This document shows positions 14,086 to 25,951 of a stretch of DNA of 64,000 bases, piece after piece. The notes below the pieces were generated by a model. It worked only from the letters and a program-made list of their open reading frames with translations. It had not been told where the DNA came from and did not search any database. The DNA is taken from positions 806,001 through 870,000 of the forward strand of contig NW_026250408.1 of NCBI RefSeq assembly GCF_024521635.1, given 5' to 3'. This stretch comes from Tricharina praecox (Eukaryota). The first letter of the stretch is position 1. Every line of letters starts with the position of its first letter. The translations under genes and the position numbers were made by a program.

Positions 14086-14229
14086 GGCGTGAACTGGGCG
14101 AGGCGTGAACTGGGCGAGGCGTGAACTGGGCGAGGCGTGAACTGGGCGAGGCGTGAACTGGGCGAGGCGTGAACTGGGCGAGGCGTGAACTGGGCGAGGC
14201 GTGAACTGGGCACGGCGTGAACTGGGCAC
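14086..14229. repeat. 16-bp minisatellite (GGCGTGAACTGGGCGA) x9
   Basis: 7 perfect copies plus 2 ending in GGCAC; head-to-tail with no spacers. Confidence 0.95.
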
Positions 14230-14577
14230 TGAGCAGAAAGAAACCAGGAAGAAAGTGTCGAATGCAGTCATGCTTCATCATCCATGTATGTGTGTAGGTA
14301 GAGTTGAGCTGAGTAGAGTACATAGAGGATCCGACCACGGAGTCACGGACGTCGCCGTAGGTAGTAGGTAGTAGGTACGGACTTTCGAAGGTACTGGGTG
14401 ACTGGGTGCTGGGTCCGATGCATTCCATGATGCCATATCTCTGACCGCCTTCGTAGAATCATAGCTACCTGGGGTAGGTAGGTAGGTAGGTAAAGTAGGT
14501 ATCCGCCGTCTCGTCACGAAGACGAAGACGAAGATGAAGACGAAGACGAAGGGCAAATGGAGTGGCAGGCCGTAACT

Positions 14578-14640
14578 ACAGTTCAGTACAGTACAGTGCG
14601 GTACAGTACAGTGCAGTGTAGTACAGTACAGTACAGTACG
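14578..14640. repeat. (CAGTA)n-like degenerate pentanucleotide microsatellite
   Basis: Repeated CAGTA/CAGTG units. Confidence 0.75.
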
Positions 14641-16153
14641 GATTGGATGGATGGATGGGCTGACCGAGCTGAACACGTCTCTGTACGTCTCTGCACGCTG
14701 AGTCCGGCGGAGAGGAGCGATGGAGATGAGGCGATGGAGAGGCGTCAAGAATGAAGGGACGGGCGTTCCGCTTGCTTCATGATTCTTCGTTCGTACGATG
14801 TATGTATGTACTCGCATCCAGCCCGTGCAGAGTACCTACGGACTATTTACCTGCTGGGTAGTAGTTATGGCGGCGCATATTTCTTCAAGTCCTAGCCGCA
14901 GTCTGGGTACATAGAATGGGTATAGGTGGTAGAGGAGATGGTAGTTCACCGGCCCAGTGTCGCGGCATCATTCCTCTCGAGTTTCTCCCACGCCTTTCAC
15001 CTGGGTAAGTACTCACTACTACCACTATAGAACAGCCCAACATCTCTTCAAATCCTCAGAGTAAACCTCCATCTCCATTTCCATCTATAGTATGCAAAGC
15101 GTACCCCGAGCCGGAAAAAAGACGACGGCCCTTTTCTTCTTCTTTTCTTCTTTCTTTCTTTCTTTCTATGTTCGATCATCGGTGATCACAGCATTCGACC
15201 TTATTTTATTGAAGTACGGTACCTAGATCATGGCTGTTACCAATCCGTTTCTTGTTTGAAAAGGACGGACCGAGCGAGCGAGAGAGGGGGAGAACACGAA
15301 TCCCCTGCCGAGTGATCTCCCATCCAAATCGAACCGCCGAGTGATCCACCAGCAGCGAGTGCATCACCATGAGGCATTCTGTCCTCCCTCACGCATCGCC
15401 CCCGCGGAAACCAGGCGCCATTCTAGCTGTCAGTTGGAGACTTATGCTATTCCAAGGAGCTACGAGCCTCTGATAACTCTATGGCTGATGGCTGATGGGC
15501 TTGGAATTTTCATTGGCGAGTTCGTCGGGTAGTTGAAGCTCCCATCTATCCTCATCCGACCAGTCACTCGAGACTCCATTGCATACCCCACATCATCGCA
15601 TTGTCCATTGCACCTGCTATGATATACACCACACACACGACCCCCACCACGCCCACCGCCCACATCCTCAAGATCCAAACTAAAGCAGCAGCACAAAACG
15701 CAGACCACACGCACACAACCGCGACCCTAACCAACCAACCAACCAACCAAGCACGCAAGCAAGCAGTAAGCATATTCAAGAGAGAGAGACAGACATAGAG
15801 AGACAGACATATTCAAGAGAGAGAGAGAGAACATTACAATCATAAGATATCACCAATGACCATGATAAGTAAAGTAAAGTAACGCCAAATGCAAAGCAAG
15901 CAAGAAACGACCGCAATCGCAATGGGAAATCCATCCAGAAATAACAAGAGAGAACAAGAAAGAAAAGAAAAGAAAAACCATATTTATAAAAACCCAAACT
16001 CCCCCAGCCCTGCCCATCCCCATCCCCATCCCCATCCCCATCCCATCCCGTCATGGTCTTCGTACACACCGTACACACGCTCGGCCTTGGAGGGCAAGAG
16101 GCCGGCCATACGAGGGGAAAAAAACGCATAGTCAACCGTGAATCACCACCACA

Positions 16154-17278
16154 CTACGAAACCAGATTACCGCCCAGGGCCACTCCCAGGCCGGTGGGTC
16201 TGTTGGGCGGAGATCCGGACGGCGGAACGAGTTGATCAAAGTTCAAGCGTCTCTGGGCTTTTGCGATTGGCGTACCGCGTCCCACCGGTCCGAATGCGGC
16301 CTGCGCCGGCGACGGCGTTATGTTCACGAAATCCGCAAAGTTGAAGCCCGTTTGCGGGGTCTGGGGACACGCGGGGGTGGACATCATCGACGACGGGAGA
16401 GCGGAGGCTCGTGACGGTGGGGTGGTCGGGACATATCTGGTCCGGGGCATTGCGGCTGCAGCCGGAGATGGTGACGTAGCGAGGTACAGTAGGAGGTCGG
16501 CTCCTTCCTTCATCCGTCGTGGAGGCGTCTTCGGTGGACTGGAGTGGAACGACGGTTGGAACTTTCGCCGGCGGGGCGGGGTGCGGGGAGGACTCGAGTG
16601 GAAGGTTGGATAGAACTTTTGCCCGCCATGTGAGATGTCACCCACGTCATGATAGCCCGGGGAAGACTGGATCATCCTGCCCTGACTTTCCTGCTGCGAA
16701 CGCTGGCGCTTGTTCGATGCGGGGGTGCCGAAGTCGGTGGTGGCCGCACGGGGCCGTTTTTTTGGGTTGTTGAATGTCGGGAGAGGTCCGATGTCCGATG
16801 CCTGGCTGGACGGGCGGTCTTCGACGTTGGTGGTCCTCCGGCGGTTCTTCCGTAACCAGGCGAGGTCACCGTCGCTGAACATGGGCGGTTGCTGCGGCGA
16901 GGGAGTGTTCTCCTGCGATGTCCGCCGCCGCTTCCGTTTCAGGTCTTCATCGACCTTAGGTTCGATGGCGTCCAACGTAAGGTTCTCCCATCCGTGCTGC
17001 GTTTTGACGCTTGCTAGAGCTAGACGGTGTTGCAGGAGCCTGGCGATCTGGTAGATGAGTGGCCAATTAGTATGATCCCTCCCTCTCGTTTGTGTTTGCA
17101 TAAATCTCATGAAACAAAGGATGGACAGATGGCTTTTTTCGTTTCTCTCCCCGCACGGTGGAAACACTTGGGCTTGGGCATGACAGGGAAGGCTCACTCT
17201 TGACACTTCAGCTCGTCGGATGACCTTCTTCATGACCTCTTTTGTTTGCTTCTCCGTCCATTGTATAGCCGCCGACAT
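16154..17278 (-). CDS. Whi5/Nrm1-family (GTB motif) G1/S transcription regulator-like protein
   Basis: LQHRLALASVKTQHGWENLTLDAIE matches the Whi5/Nrm1 motif; GADLLLYLATSPSP; many S/T-P-x-K/R sites; probable intron 17197-17048 (GTGAGC..CTAAT..CAG). Confidence 0.75.
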   Translation of the reverse strand: MSAAIQWTEKQTKEVMKKVIRRAEVSRVSLPCHAQAQVFPPCGERNEKSHLSILCFMRFMQTQTRGRDHTNWPLIYQIARLLQHRLALASVKTQHGWENLTLDAIEPKVDEDLKRKRRRTSQENTPSPQQPPMFSDGDLAWLRKNRRRTTNVEDRPSSQASDIGPLPTFNNPKKRPRAATTDFGTPASNKRQRSQQESQGRMIQSSPGYHDVGDISHGGQKFYPTFHSSPPRTPPRRRKFQPSFHSSPPKTPPRRMKEGADLLLYLATSPSPAAAAMPRTRYVPTTPPSRASALPSSMMSTPACPQTPQTGFNFADFVNITPSPAQAAFGPVGRGTPIAKAQRRLNFDQLVPPSGSPPNRPTGLGVALGGNLVS

Positions 17279-17385
17279 CTCTACGCTCTCTCACTCCGTC
17301 CTCTGGCCCTATCTCTGTGGCCCTATCTCTCCCTCTGTCTCTGTCTCTCTGTCTGTTTCTTGCTCTCTTTCCTCTCTCTTGCTCC

Positions 17386-17440
17386 CTCTTTCTCTTTCTC
17401 TTTCTCTTTCTCTTTCTCTTTCTCTTTCTCTCTCTTTCTT
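17386..17440. repeat. (TTTCTC)n hexamer microsatellite upstream of the Whi5-like gene
   Basis: Tandem TTTCTC units. Confidence 0.85.
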
Positions 17441-20400
17441 TCTTTATTTCCTAACGAGTGAAGCCGGAGAAGCTGGGTAGAGACCGTCTGGGGGGGTAAC
17501 AGTGGCCTGACCAATGGGATATATGTATACGCTGGGGCTGGGACAGGTTGCAGTAGGTGGCGATAGCACAATTTTTTTAATTTTTTTCTTCGTTGATGCG
17601 TGAGTGGACGGTTGGGTTGGGCAGAGGAGGAGGAGGAGGAGCTGTTCTTCTTCTTCTCGACGGTGGTTGGTGGTGGTGATGGTGGTTGTGGTGGCAGGTG
17701 TGGTTGTCGTTGTCGTCGAAATTCAAGATGATGGCATCGAAAGCGATAGACTGGTCTCTTGGGTGGTAGAGTAGTTAGGTATTTGCGTTTGGATGGGGGT
17801 GGGGAGTGTCAATAAAGACTAAGGATAGGGAGATGATAGATAGAATGGGGTTGAATGAGTGCACGGCTGGGCTGGGGGAGAAAAGGAGGAGGCGGCGGCG
17901 GGTGATAGAGAGGGGCTAGGCAGGTCAGATAGGTTGGCATGTAGCGAGGACAGCGAAGTGAAAAGAAAGAGGATCCGAACTGACACACCACACGAGAGAA
18001 AGAGAGAGAGTGAGAGAGAGAGAGAGTTTGCTCGCAGCGACCACGATGAGCCCAGCAAGCCCGGCAAGCCCAGGCAAGCAAGCATGCACGCATTCTTTCT
18101 CCTTACAGGGCAGATGCGCTAAAAGACTAACAGACCAGCAGATCAACGGAACGAGCCAATCGGCGCCGTAGACGGGACGCGCTTCCTTCTTCTCGCCCAT
18201 TCTTCCCGACGCGACGTATAGAGCGAATTTCTACTTGTCACGATTGCAACAACCTCCTTTCGGACAGAGAGAGTGAGATATGGAGGTTGAGTTCCTCAGC
18301 TCAAATAGTCGAGATACCTTCTCTACTCTACCCAAGTCCCCAGAAACCATCTCCGGGGGAGGGGGGAGGGGAAGCACCACAACTCGTCCGAATCACTTGA
18401 TGCGTCTCACACTGTTGCTCAGCAGCCGTCACTTGCGGCTGGTAACGCGATCCATCTTACGCCAAGACATGGCATGCAAGTGAGGAGGTGCAAGATGTGG
18501 AGATAATCTATGTCATGCAGCCGAGCCGCCTCACAACATAAACTCCAACACCTCCCCACCACGCAGCACGTCCTCTGCAAGACTGCAATCCCACCCTCGA
18601 CCCTCGACCTCGACCGACACGATGGCCAACGGCAAAACACCTTAAGCCTACATACGACCGCTGCCAGGGGGTTATCCGCTGTACGCGTGAGGGCGCCGAT
18701 TGTTTCGACACGACACCTACCCACCTACGTCTTCAGTCGGAAGCGGAAGCGGAAACCTTCGCACCTGCTCGCCAAAACGAACATCCGACGTCTTAAACTC
18801 TCCGTATTGGTTATAGACAACACACCTTCCCGTCGGTAGGTATGCTATGCCATGCCATGCGGCGGCACGCCACGACACGATCCAGCCCGGAGAGCCGCTT
18901 CTCGCCGCGGATAATTTCCGACGATTCGCAGATACCCGCCTATGTACATACTGTTGCCGTGCCTGTTCCCGTGCCTCGCCGGGACATTGCCGACTTTCAT
19001 TTCGTCAACGCGATCTGGAGTTTACTGGGCGTTGCAAGGAACTTACTACCCGGTTGCAGTGGGAGAGACGATGAAAGTGTGGCATACCATACCATACCAT
19101 CACGGAATATAACTGCGGTTCTTGCCCGGAAACAGTTAACAGTCATGGAATACCTAGGTACAAAAGCGAATGCTTGCAGGACCTTCTCTCGGTGCCAATG
19201 GATACCTACACCTTACACTGTGGATGGGATTATACCCACGTTGGGAACTTGGGATCATCACCGCTACAATACCCTTACGAGCAACGGGCTCTTGGAGGAT
19301 GATATAATAGTTCTACTACAATGCCTGGATCAATGTGTCCGTTTGGACCCGTACGGGGCTTGCTAAACCCTCCGAGCGTGCATAGATTACCGCGTGTCAC
19401 TCGGATAGCAATCGCACCTACTATCTATACCTACATCAGAACCTCCCACGGTCACTCGCGAAAACTGGCCTCGACTCTCCATACCCCATCCCATCGCCTG
19501 AGGTCGGGTCCCTGTACAAATGAACTGGATGGGGCGTGGTAGAGGGGATTCCGCCAGTGGTTGTTACACTTTGCTCAAAGTCAGACGAATATGATTGAGG
19601 ATGAGGGGCGGTGGGGCTACACTGGGAACATGGATGGTTGTGCGAGTTGGGACGACTCTCAACGAGAAAACGAGGAGGAGGAGGAAGAGAAGACTACGAA
19701 GACGAGTATATGATGGGAGGAGGTAGAGTAGTGTTACTTTAGGAGTTGGAAACGAATTGATATGCATTTCCTCGTTCCTTTGGGAAATCTGGCGCCTAAA
19801 CAAACTCTTCTACGATAGCTCGCAGCATCGAACTCCGGCCGAGTGCCTTCGATGCCAGAGTGATTTTCTGTGAGTATACTGCCGGGTTCGTAGCCGAGCG
19901 ATGACCATGCCTAGCCGCGATCACACTTCGGCAGCCATGCGAGCGAGCAACGTTCTCCGATGCACAACGTCGGCCGGAGGCAATTTCGTAGCCAATGCAC
20001 GATATGGAGAGTACCCGGGCGTGCTGAACACGCAAGCCTATGTAGCCTAGCCTAGCCGTATGCAACCCTGGCGCCACAGAGCTTCACCGTCGGATGAAGT
20101 CGTGAAGATCTACACGCAATCGGGGAACCTCTTACGCGTTACCTAGGCTGGTACAAAGTAGGCACCGCAGATCGTGGGCTTTAAATAGGTAACCATTCCA
20201 TCCCATCCCATCCGTTATCGGTTCGCGCGGGGGTGTATGTAACTTGTATGTAACTTGTATGTGAATTGTAACTGAGCCGTGAAGAGTTCGGAATTTCCGA
20301 CGATACATAGCTGCGCCAGAGTCTACCTATGTAAGACAGCCCTAAGGATCTGGATCTGATTGCTCGCCTCCGATTGATCATTGCGCTGCTGCTTCGTTGT

Positions 20401-21470
20401 CTTTTTTTTGCTGCTGCTGCTGCTGCTGTTTGGGCTGTGCAGTCAGTGTGGCTTGCTGGGGTTTGATGTTTTTGCAGGTATGTAGACATGCAATCTTGGG
20501 TGTTTACGGGTTACCCATGGACTTTGTGAGACAAAGATAAACAGCGACGGCGGCCGAGGGCCTCGTGTGTGGCGGCGCTGTGGGTGGTGGGTGTTTTGGA
20601 AAAGTGCGGCCCTTCAGGCTTCACGCACTCTGTATGGGGGGAGGGAGGGGGAGGGGGAGGGGGTCACTTCACCTCACCTTGAAGACCCCCGTCATGGAAT
20701 TGCTTGCCGCACCACTCAGCGATCGTGCTTTCAATGCGCCGCAGTGCTTCCTGGCTCCTCCTTGCCACTCGATGCTGACGCGCTCCCGCTCCTGCTGCTG
20801 CTGCTGATGCTGCGCCGATGCTCCGAATGGCTGCACCGGAGCCTGAAGATGTGTGTACTATACCATGTAACTAGTACGCCGTACTTAGAGATCTGTAGAG
20901 TACAGTACCGGTACTGAGCAATCAATAACCAAAACCCACACACATCGTCCCATATCCCGCCGACTTATCACGAGAGAGAGATGGCCATTGCGTCACAGCC
21001 CAACCACCTTGGGGGGGGAGGGAGGGAGAGGGCACTGGAGGCAGGCCCCCACCACCACCGCGCTGGGGCAAGGATTGAAATTAAGTCCACACAGATCCCA
21101 ATTCAATCCGGGAGTACATAGAGTACGGGACCAAGTACTCTACCCGCGCACCTAGTTTTCTGAGGGAGCTTGCTTGCTTGCTGCTTGCTCCACCGATGCC
21201 GGGTCTGCGAGGTTGTTGATGGTGTCTTGCGTGGACTTGTACCCTCTACTCTACTCTACCTGCTCTGCTCTACTCTAATCGACTCGACGCTGCTCTGCTC
21301 TGCTCTGCTCTGCTCTGCTCGACTCTGCTCGACTCTGCTCTGCGAACCCCGGTGTATGTCGTGCGGATCATTACCTCTTCCAACGCCCTCCGTCCACCCA
21401 CACCGTTGACACAAACCTTCTATCCCTCTTGTCGTCGTCGTCCTCTTTGATCTCTGCCTTTGCTTCTTGC

Positions 21471-21550
21471 TCCTACTCCTACTCCTACTCCTACTCCTAC
21501 TCCTACTCCTACTCCTACTCCTGCTCCTGCTCCTACTACTCCTCCTCCTC
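21471..21550. repeat. (TCCTAC)n hexamer microsatellite
   Basis: Tandem TCCTAC/TCCTGC units just upstream of the ATG at 21651. Confidence 0.85.
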
Positions 21551-21650
21551 TCTCCCTTTTTCTTCTCCTTATCGTTGCCCTTCTCATTCGTTTCCTTGCT
21601 CCCCCGTCTCTTTGGTGTTTACTTTCTCAGAACCATATTATTGATATTCA

Positions 21651-24092
21651 ATGCCGTCAGAACCACCGCTACAGAGATCTCCCAGCTTTCATACTCGTTT
21701 CTCGGACAAAGTGAAGAACATGAAGTTTCTAAAGAAGCCGTCGAAACAGGCGTTGGTTTCGCCGACGATCGTGGAGTCTTCGGGCGAGTCTTCGGAGGAC
21801 GCAATCTCGTCGTCCGCTTCGTCTGTTTTGGACTCGCAATCGACATCTATCACGGTGCCTAGCACCTCTTCATTATCACACGTCGTTACACGGCGTCATT
21901 CTCCGGACCGGCCACAGCTCGCAAGGCCGAAATCGGAGTGCTATAGCTCCTCCAGCAGGCGTCAATCAGTCATTGTAGGTTCTCGGCGTGCATGCATGCA
22001 TACATCGCTCGGCCGTGTGCAGTGGTGTTCGATGCTGACTTGCTTTTTCTTACTCTGAAGTCGGCAGCACCCTCGGTACAGACATTCTCTCCGTCGACTC
22101 CGCCGCTTTGCCCTCGTCTCCTCTCCGTCCAGGACAACCAATGGGTGCACCAGAATCTACTGCTCGTGTTTGGGCAGGTGGGCTTTCCCGAGAGCAGGGT
22201 CAACAATGGTCATATCGTCGTACACCACCACATGGATGGGTATCCGGTCACGCAATGGCCCATCACCGACGGATACTTTAAAGCACTGGTTCGACTGGAC
22301 CCGGGCCCGAACAAACTCCGGTTTGAGTACACGGCTCCTAAGATCCCCGCATTCAGTACCAGCATGACGGTGCACATGCTACCGCTTGCTGCGAGCCCTC
22401 CGTTACAGCTGGCTATCTTGCTGGGAAAGGACTCGACCGGAAAATACGAGTGTCATGGTGAACGGAAGGAGCATGATGGGAATAGCACCGAGACGGCTCT
22501 GAAGAAGTTGAGGATGGCGGCATACCTCTCTCAAGCTTTTACGGGAGAGCAAATGTACAGGGCTAGGTTGGGAAGGAGGTGTTTCCGGTTGGAGGAGGAA
22601 TGGGGTCCTGATACTCTCTCGAATCGCACGGCCGGTACCATGCGGAACATTGCTAAGGTGCATGTGATCCGTTCGGAGAGTACTGTGGAAGGTGAGTTCC
22701 CGCACCGGCCCGCGACGGATGACTAGGCTAACACCATGGCTACAGAAATCCGAAGCTTGGAGAAGTCCCAGGACGGGAAAGGTCTACGTAAGGTCGTTCA
22801 GAAGGCGGTGTCTTCCTACTTTGGTGCCACCACTGCAATGCGGTACGTTGCGGTGGTGGTGCTCGATGCTAGAGGTGATTTGCAGTTCAAGGGAATTTCC
22901 GGCCACTCAGCTCTGTGTGACGGATTGGGCATCACCGGAAGCCTCAGCTTGTTTACTTTGCCATCTTGCATCGAGGAAGTTTGCCCGTCATTCATAGACT
23001 GCACGCGAATCAGCAACAGTTCCGACCCCTCAGCATCGGAGTTCTTTTGGGAAGCCGCAACTGCAGCCTTAGGCAACATGATGGAGGCGTTTCTCAGCCC
23101 ACAGACACCAATCGAACCTCGCAACTTCGTCAAAGTGAACCGGACTTTTGTCACCAAGGAACCGTACTCCCTCCGGGCAAAGTCTGCTGGCCTCAGACTC
23201 AGTTTGCCGCAGGAGGAGTGTACTTGGCCCAGAGTTGATTGTCTCCGGTTTCGATACCACCCTTGCTTCCGACTTCCGCCCGACCCCATGCCGCCGGCGT
23301 TACCAGATGCTCCACAGGTGTACGCCGTCGATACGGGTATAGTGGTATGCGCCAACAGTGGCATCTCGCTGGTTTTGATATACGCCGATGGTGTATACTG
23401 CGACTTCCTGGAGTACACATCCAAACCGGAGCGTGAGCTGCTCTTACAGGAGGACTTTATCCGCAGCAAGTTGCCATCCGACAAGTCCACGCCAGTGATC
23501 AAGCTCAACATCTTCTCTGCAGGCCAGGGAGAGACCACGGTCGAGGACCTCCACGCCACACGCGGTCTCAAGATTCAGCTGCCTAAAGGCCATGGAACGG
23601 TGTATAAATCCGCACCTTCCTGCCATACCGCCGACGGAAATTCTGAGGCTCAGGAAGTCCTGCTGCTTGCCGACAAAACGCTGCTCGGAATCCGGATCTT
23701 CCATAACAGTAACGCTTTGGAAGGTCTTGAGTTTCAGTACGATGATCAAGTCACGCAGTTATTCGGCCATAAAGGATCCGACACGGCCACGGTCTCGGAA
23801 TATCCGCTGGAGGCAAGGAAGGGCGAGACGCTGATGGGGTTCTGTGTGAGGACCGGGAAGGTTGTCGACGGTATTGAGATTCTTACCAGCTTTGGGAGGC
23901 GTTCGTCGATTTTTGGGAACCCTCAGGGCGGAGCGATGTAAGTTTGACCGTCTTGCTTTGGTTTTCGCAGGAGAGGCATCTGACATGGTGTTTAGGAGTA
24001 ACACGTTGGTTCCGCCCCGTGGCCGCTCCATCGCCGGTGTGGCGGGCACTTACTCGAACTGCGTCGACGGCTTCTCCATCCTCTACAAGTGA
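21651..24092 (+). CDS. YIL108W-like metallopeptidase-family protein with C-terminal jacalin-like domain; zinc motif absent
   Basis: Introns ~21975-22060, 22692-22745, 23938-23995; family motifs FKALVRLDPGPNKLRF, PPLQLAILLGKDS, KLRMAAYLSQAFTGEQM, NRTFVTKEP, LRFRYHPCF; jacalin-like tail (LEGLEFQYDD..GFCVRTGKVVDGIEILTSFGRRS); start could be 21720. Confidence 0.85.
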
Positions 24093-25951
24093 TTGCAGTG
24101 GATACAGCATAGTCCAAAAACCGCGATAGGTTTATCGTTTCTTATGTCTGACGAAGGGTTTCAATTTTCTGTACATGAAAACCGCCTGCGGATGCTCAGG
24201 CCTTCTTTTCTTTGCGTTTGGGAGGGGGGAGTTCTGGATTGTCTTACACAGGGGATCAGGGAGACTTTTTTTACTTTTTTTTTCTTCTTTGATATAATAT
24301 TTGTTCTTTTCAACACTTGGATGGGATCAGTCGGGATTGCCCTTGTAACGGAGATGTCTTGAGAGACTTTTTCTTTTTCTTTGTTGTGTATTGTGTCTTG
24401 CTCGCGATTGTGTGGTCTGGGGGGAGAGAAGGAGGATCAGATAGAGTATGAGTTGAGTTTCTTTGTTTGGGTGTCATTTTGGGAGCAGACCGGATCTAAC
24501 GAAAAATGTGATTTGGGGAAGGCGGTTACTTGGCGGTTTATAAAAAACTTGTATTTACTGAGGACGAGTGATATTTACGATTTTTGAGAGAGGCTTGGCA
24601 TCAGTGATCTGGCTTGGCAACGTTAGGGCTTAGGGTATAGGGCTTATACCTGGTGAAGGCTTGATACCTGGTGAAGTTTGGCACGGGCGAGGGAGTGGTG
24701 ATGATTCGGACCCGGGATGGGATTCGGTATCGTCAGACTTTTCGTCACGACTCTCGAGGGCCCATGGAACGGTATATGCTTAACGGGCTTCGGTTTGCAT
24801 CGAAATGGGTACGCGGGATGATCGAACGCTGGCTGGCGCTTGGAACAGTATGGACTTCACACATTTTCGGCCGACTACCTTACCCAGGTGTTTGTCAGCA
24901 GACGACTTCTTGTGTGGTCTGAATTGAAGGTCTAAACTCGAAGTCTGAATTCGAGAGCGGACAGTTCTGACTGCTGAGACACTGAGACACTGAAAGAGGA
25001 AAATTCAACCAGCTGGATACGACTACCTCGAAGGTAGAATTTGGCTGGTACTGACCGGTTCTAGCTGGCTCTCCTTCTTGGTCTAATCATTATTACATTC
25101 GACATTACTAGATTATGGCAGATGATGGCAGATGATGGCAGATACATATCTGTTTTCCTCTGCTCGCCGTAGGTATTGCTCTCCACCCAGCTCCCGCCCG
25201 AGTGCCAGAATGAGAATCAATAATGAGGAAACTTGGAGCGAATTATAGGAAATACAACGTATTCACCGCTCAAAACGGTAGGTCCTCTAAGATTTCCAAC
25301 CACTCGTCACTCTGTCTTCTTGGATCTTTGTCTTCCCCACTCTTTTATTGGCACATATTGCATCCCAATCCACTGATCTGTCTGAGTCCCCGGGGACAAG
25401 ATGCGGCGGAGGGAGGAGGAAAGAAGAAGGAAGAAGGAATGGACTGTGGACAGCTTCCTACCCTCCCGCTGACTGCTCTACCCTCTGTCTGCTCTCCTCC
25501 GCCGCTGCCCTTCCGCCTTCTCTTCCCACACCGGCTATGTAGTTGGCAAATTAGGTCTCGGCTACAGGAGTACCAGTACTGCTAGAAGCTGCTCCTCATC
25601 AGCGCTCGTGCGAGTGACATTATGTGCGCAAATAGCCGCGGGCGCTACATACGCGCGCAGAGCCTCACCTCACGCCTCCAGCACCAGCACCACCACCGCA
25701 AGCAAAGTAAGTGCGCACGCTACTAGCCAGCATACCACGGCCAACGCCCAACGCCAACACGCCCTCCACCTCCACCCACCACGCCTACCTCCACGACCAC
25801 CACGACCACCTCCACGACCACCTCAACCACCACCCACGACCTCACCCCACGACCTCCACCTCACGCACGCGTCTACCCACCACCTCGCCCACCCCCAGCT
25901 TACCGCGCCCCGCTCCACTCTTTACCAACCCCCACCCCAGCCAGCGACAGA

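Noticed and set aside
14086..14229. CRISPR-like array
   Set aside because: Repeats are directly tandem with no unique spacers, no cas genes are present, and the context is eukaryotic
18683..20139. MCB/SCB cell-cycle boxes upstream of the Whi5-like gene (ACGCGT 18683, 20134; CGCGAAA 19457)
   Set aside because: Scattered over more than 1.4 kb and far from the ATG; not clearly above chance
21460..21862. Poly-Leu, PT-repeat and SY-repeat ORFs
   Set aside because: Translations of the TCCTAC microsatellite in different frames
23938..23970. Alternative acceptor truncating the jacalin domain
   Set aside because: Would need a 33-nt intron, shorter than the other introns here; the CTGAC branch supports the 23995 acceptor
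24093..24362. Stop-codon readthrough extension after the peptidase-like gene
   Set aside because: TGA-TTG is not the known TGA-CTA readthrough context, and the peptide looks like T-rich UTR
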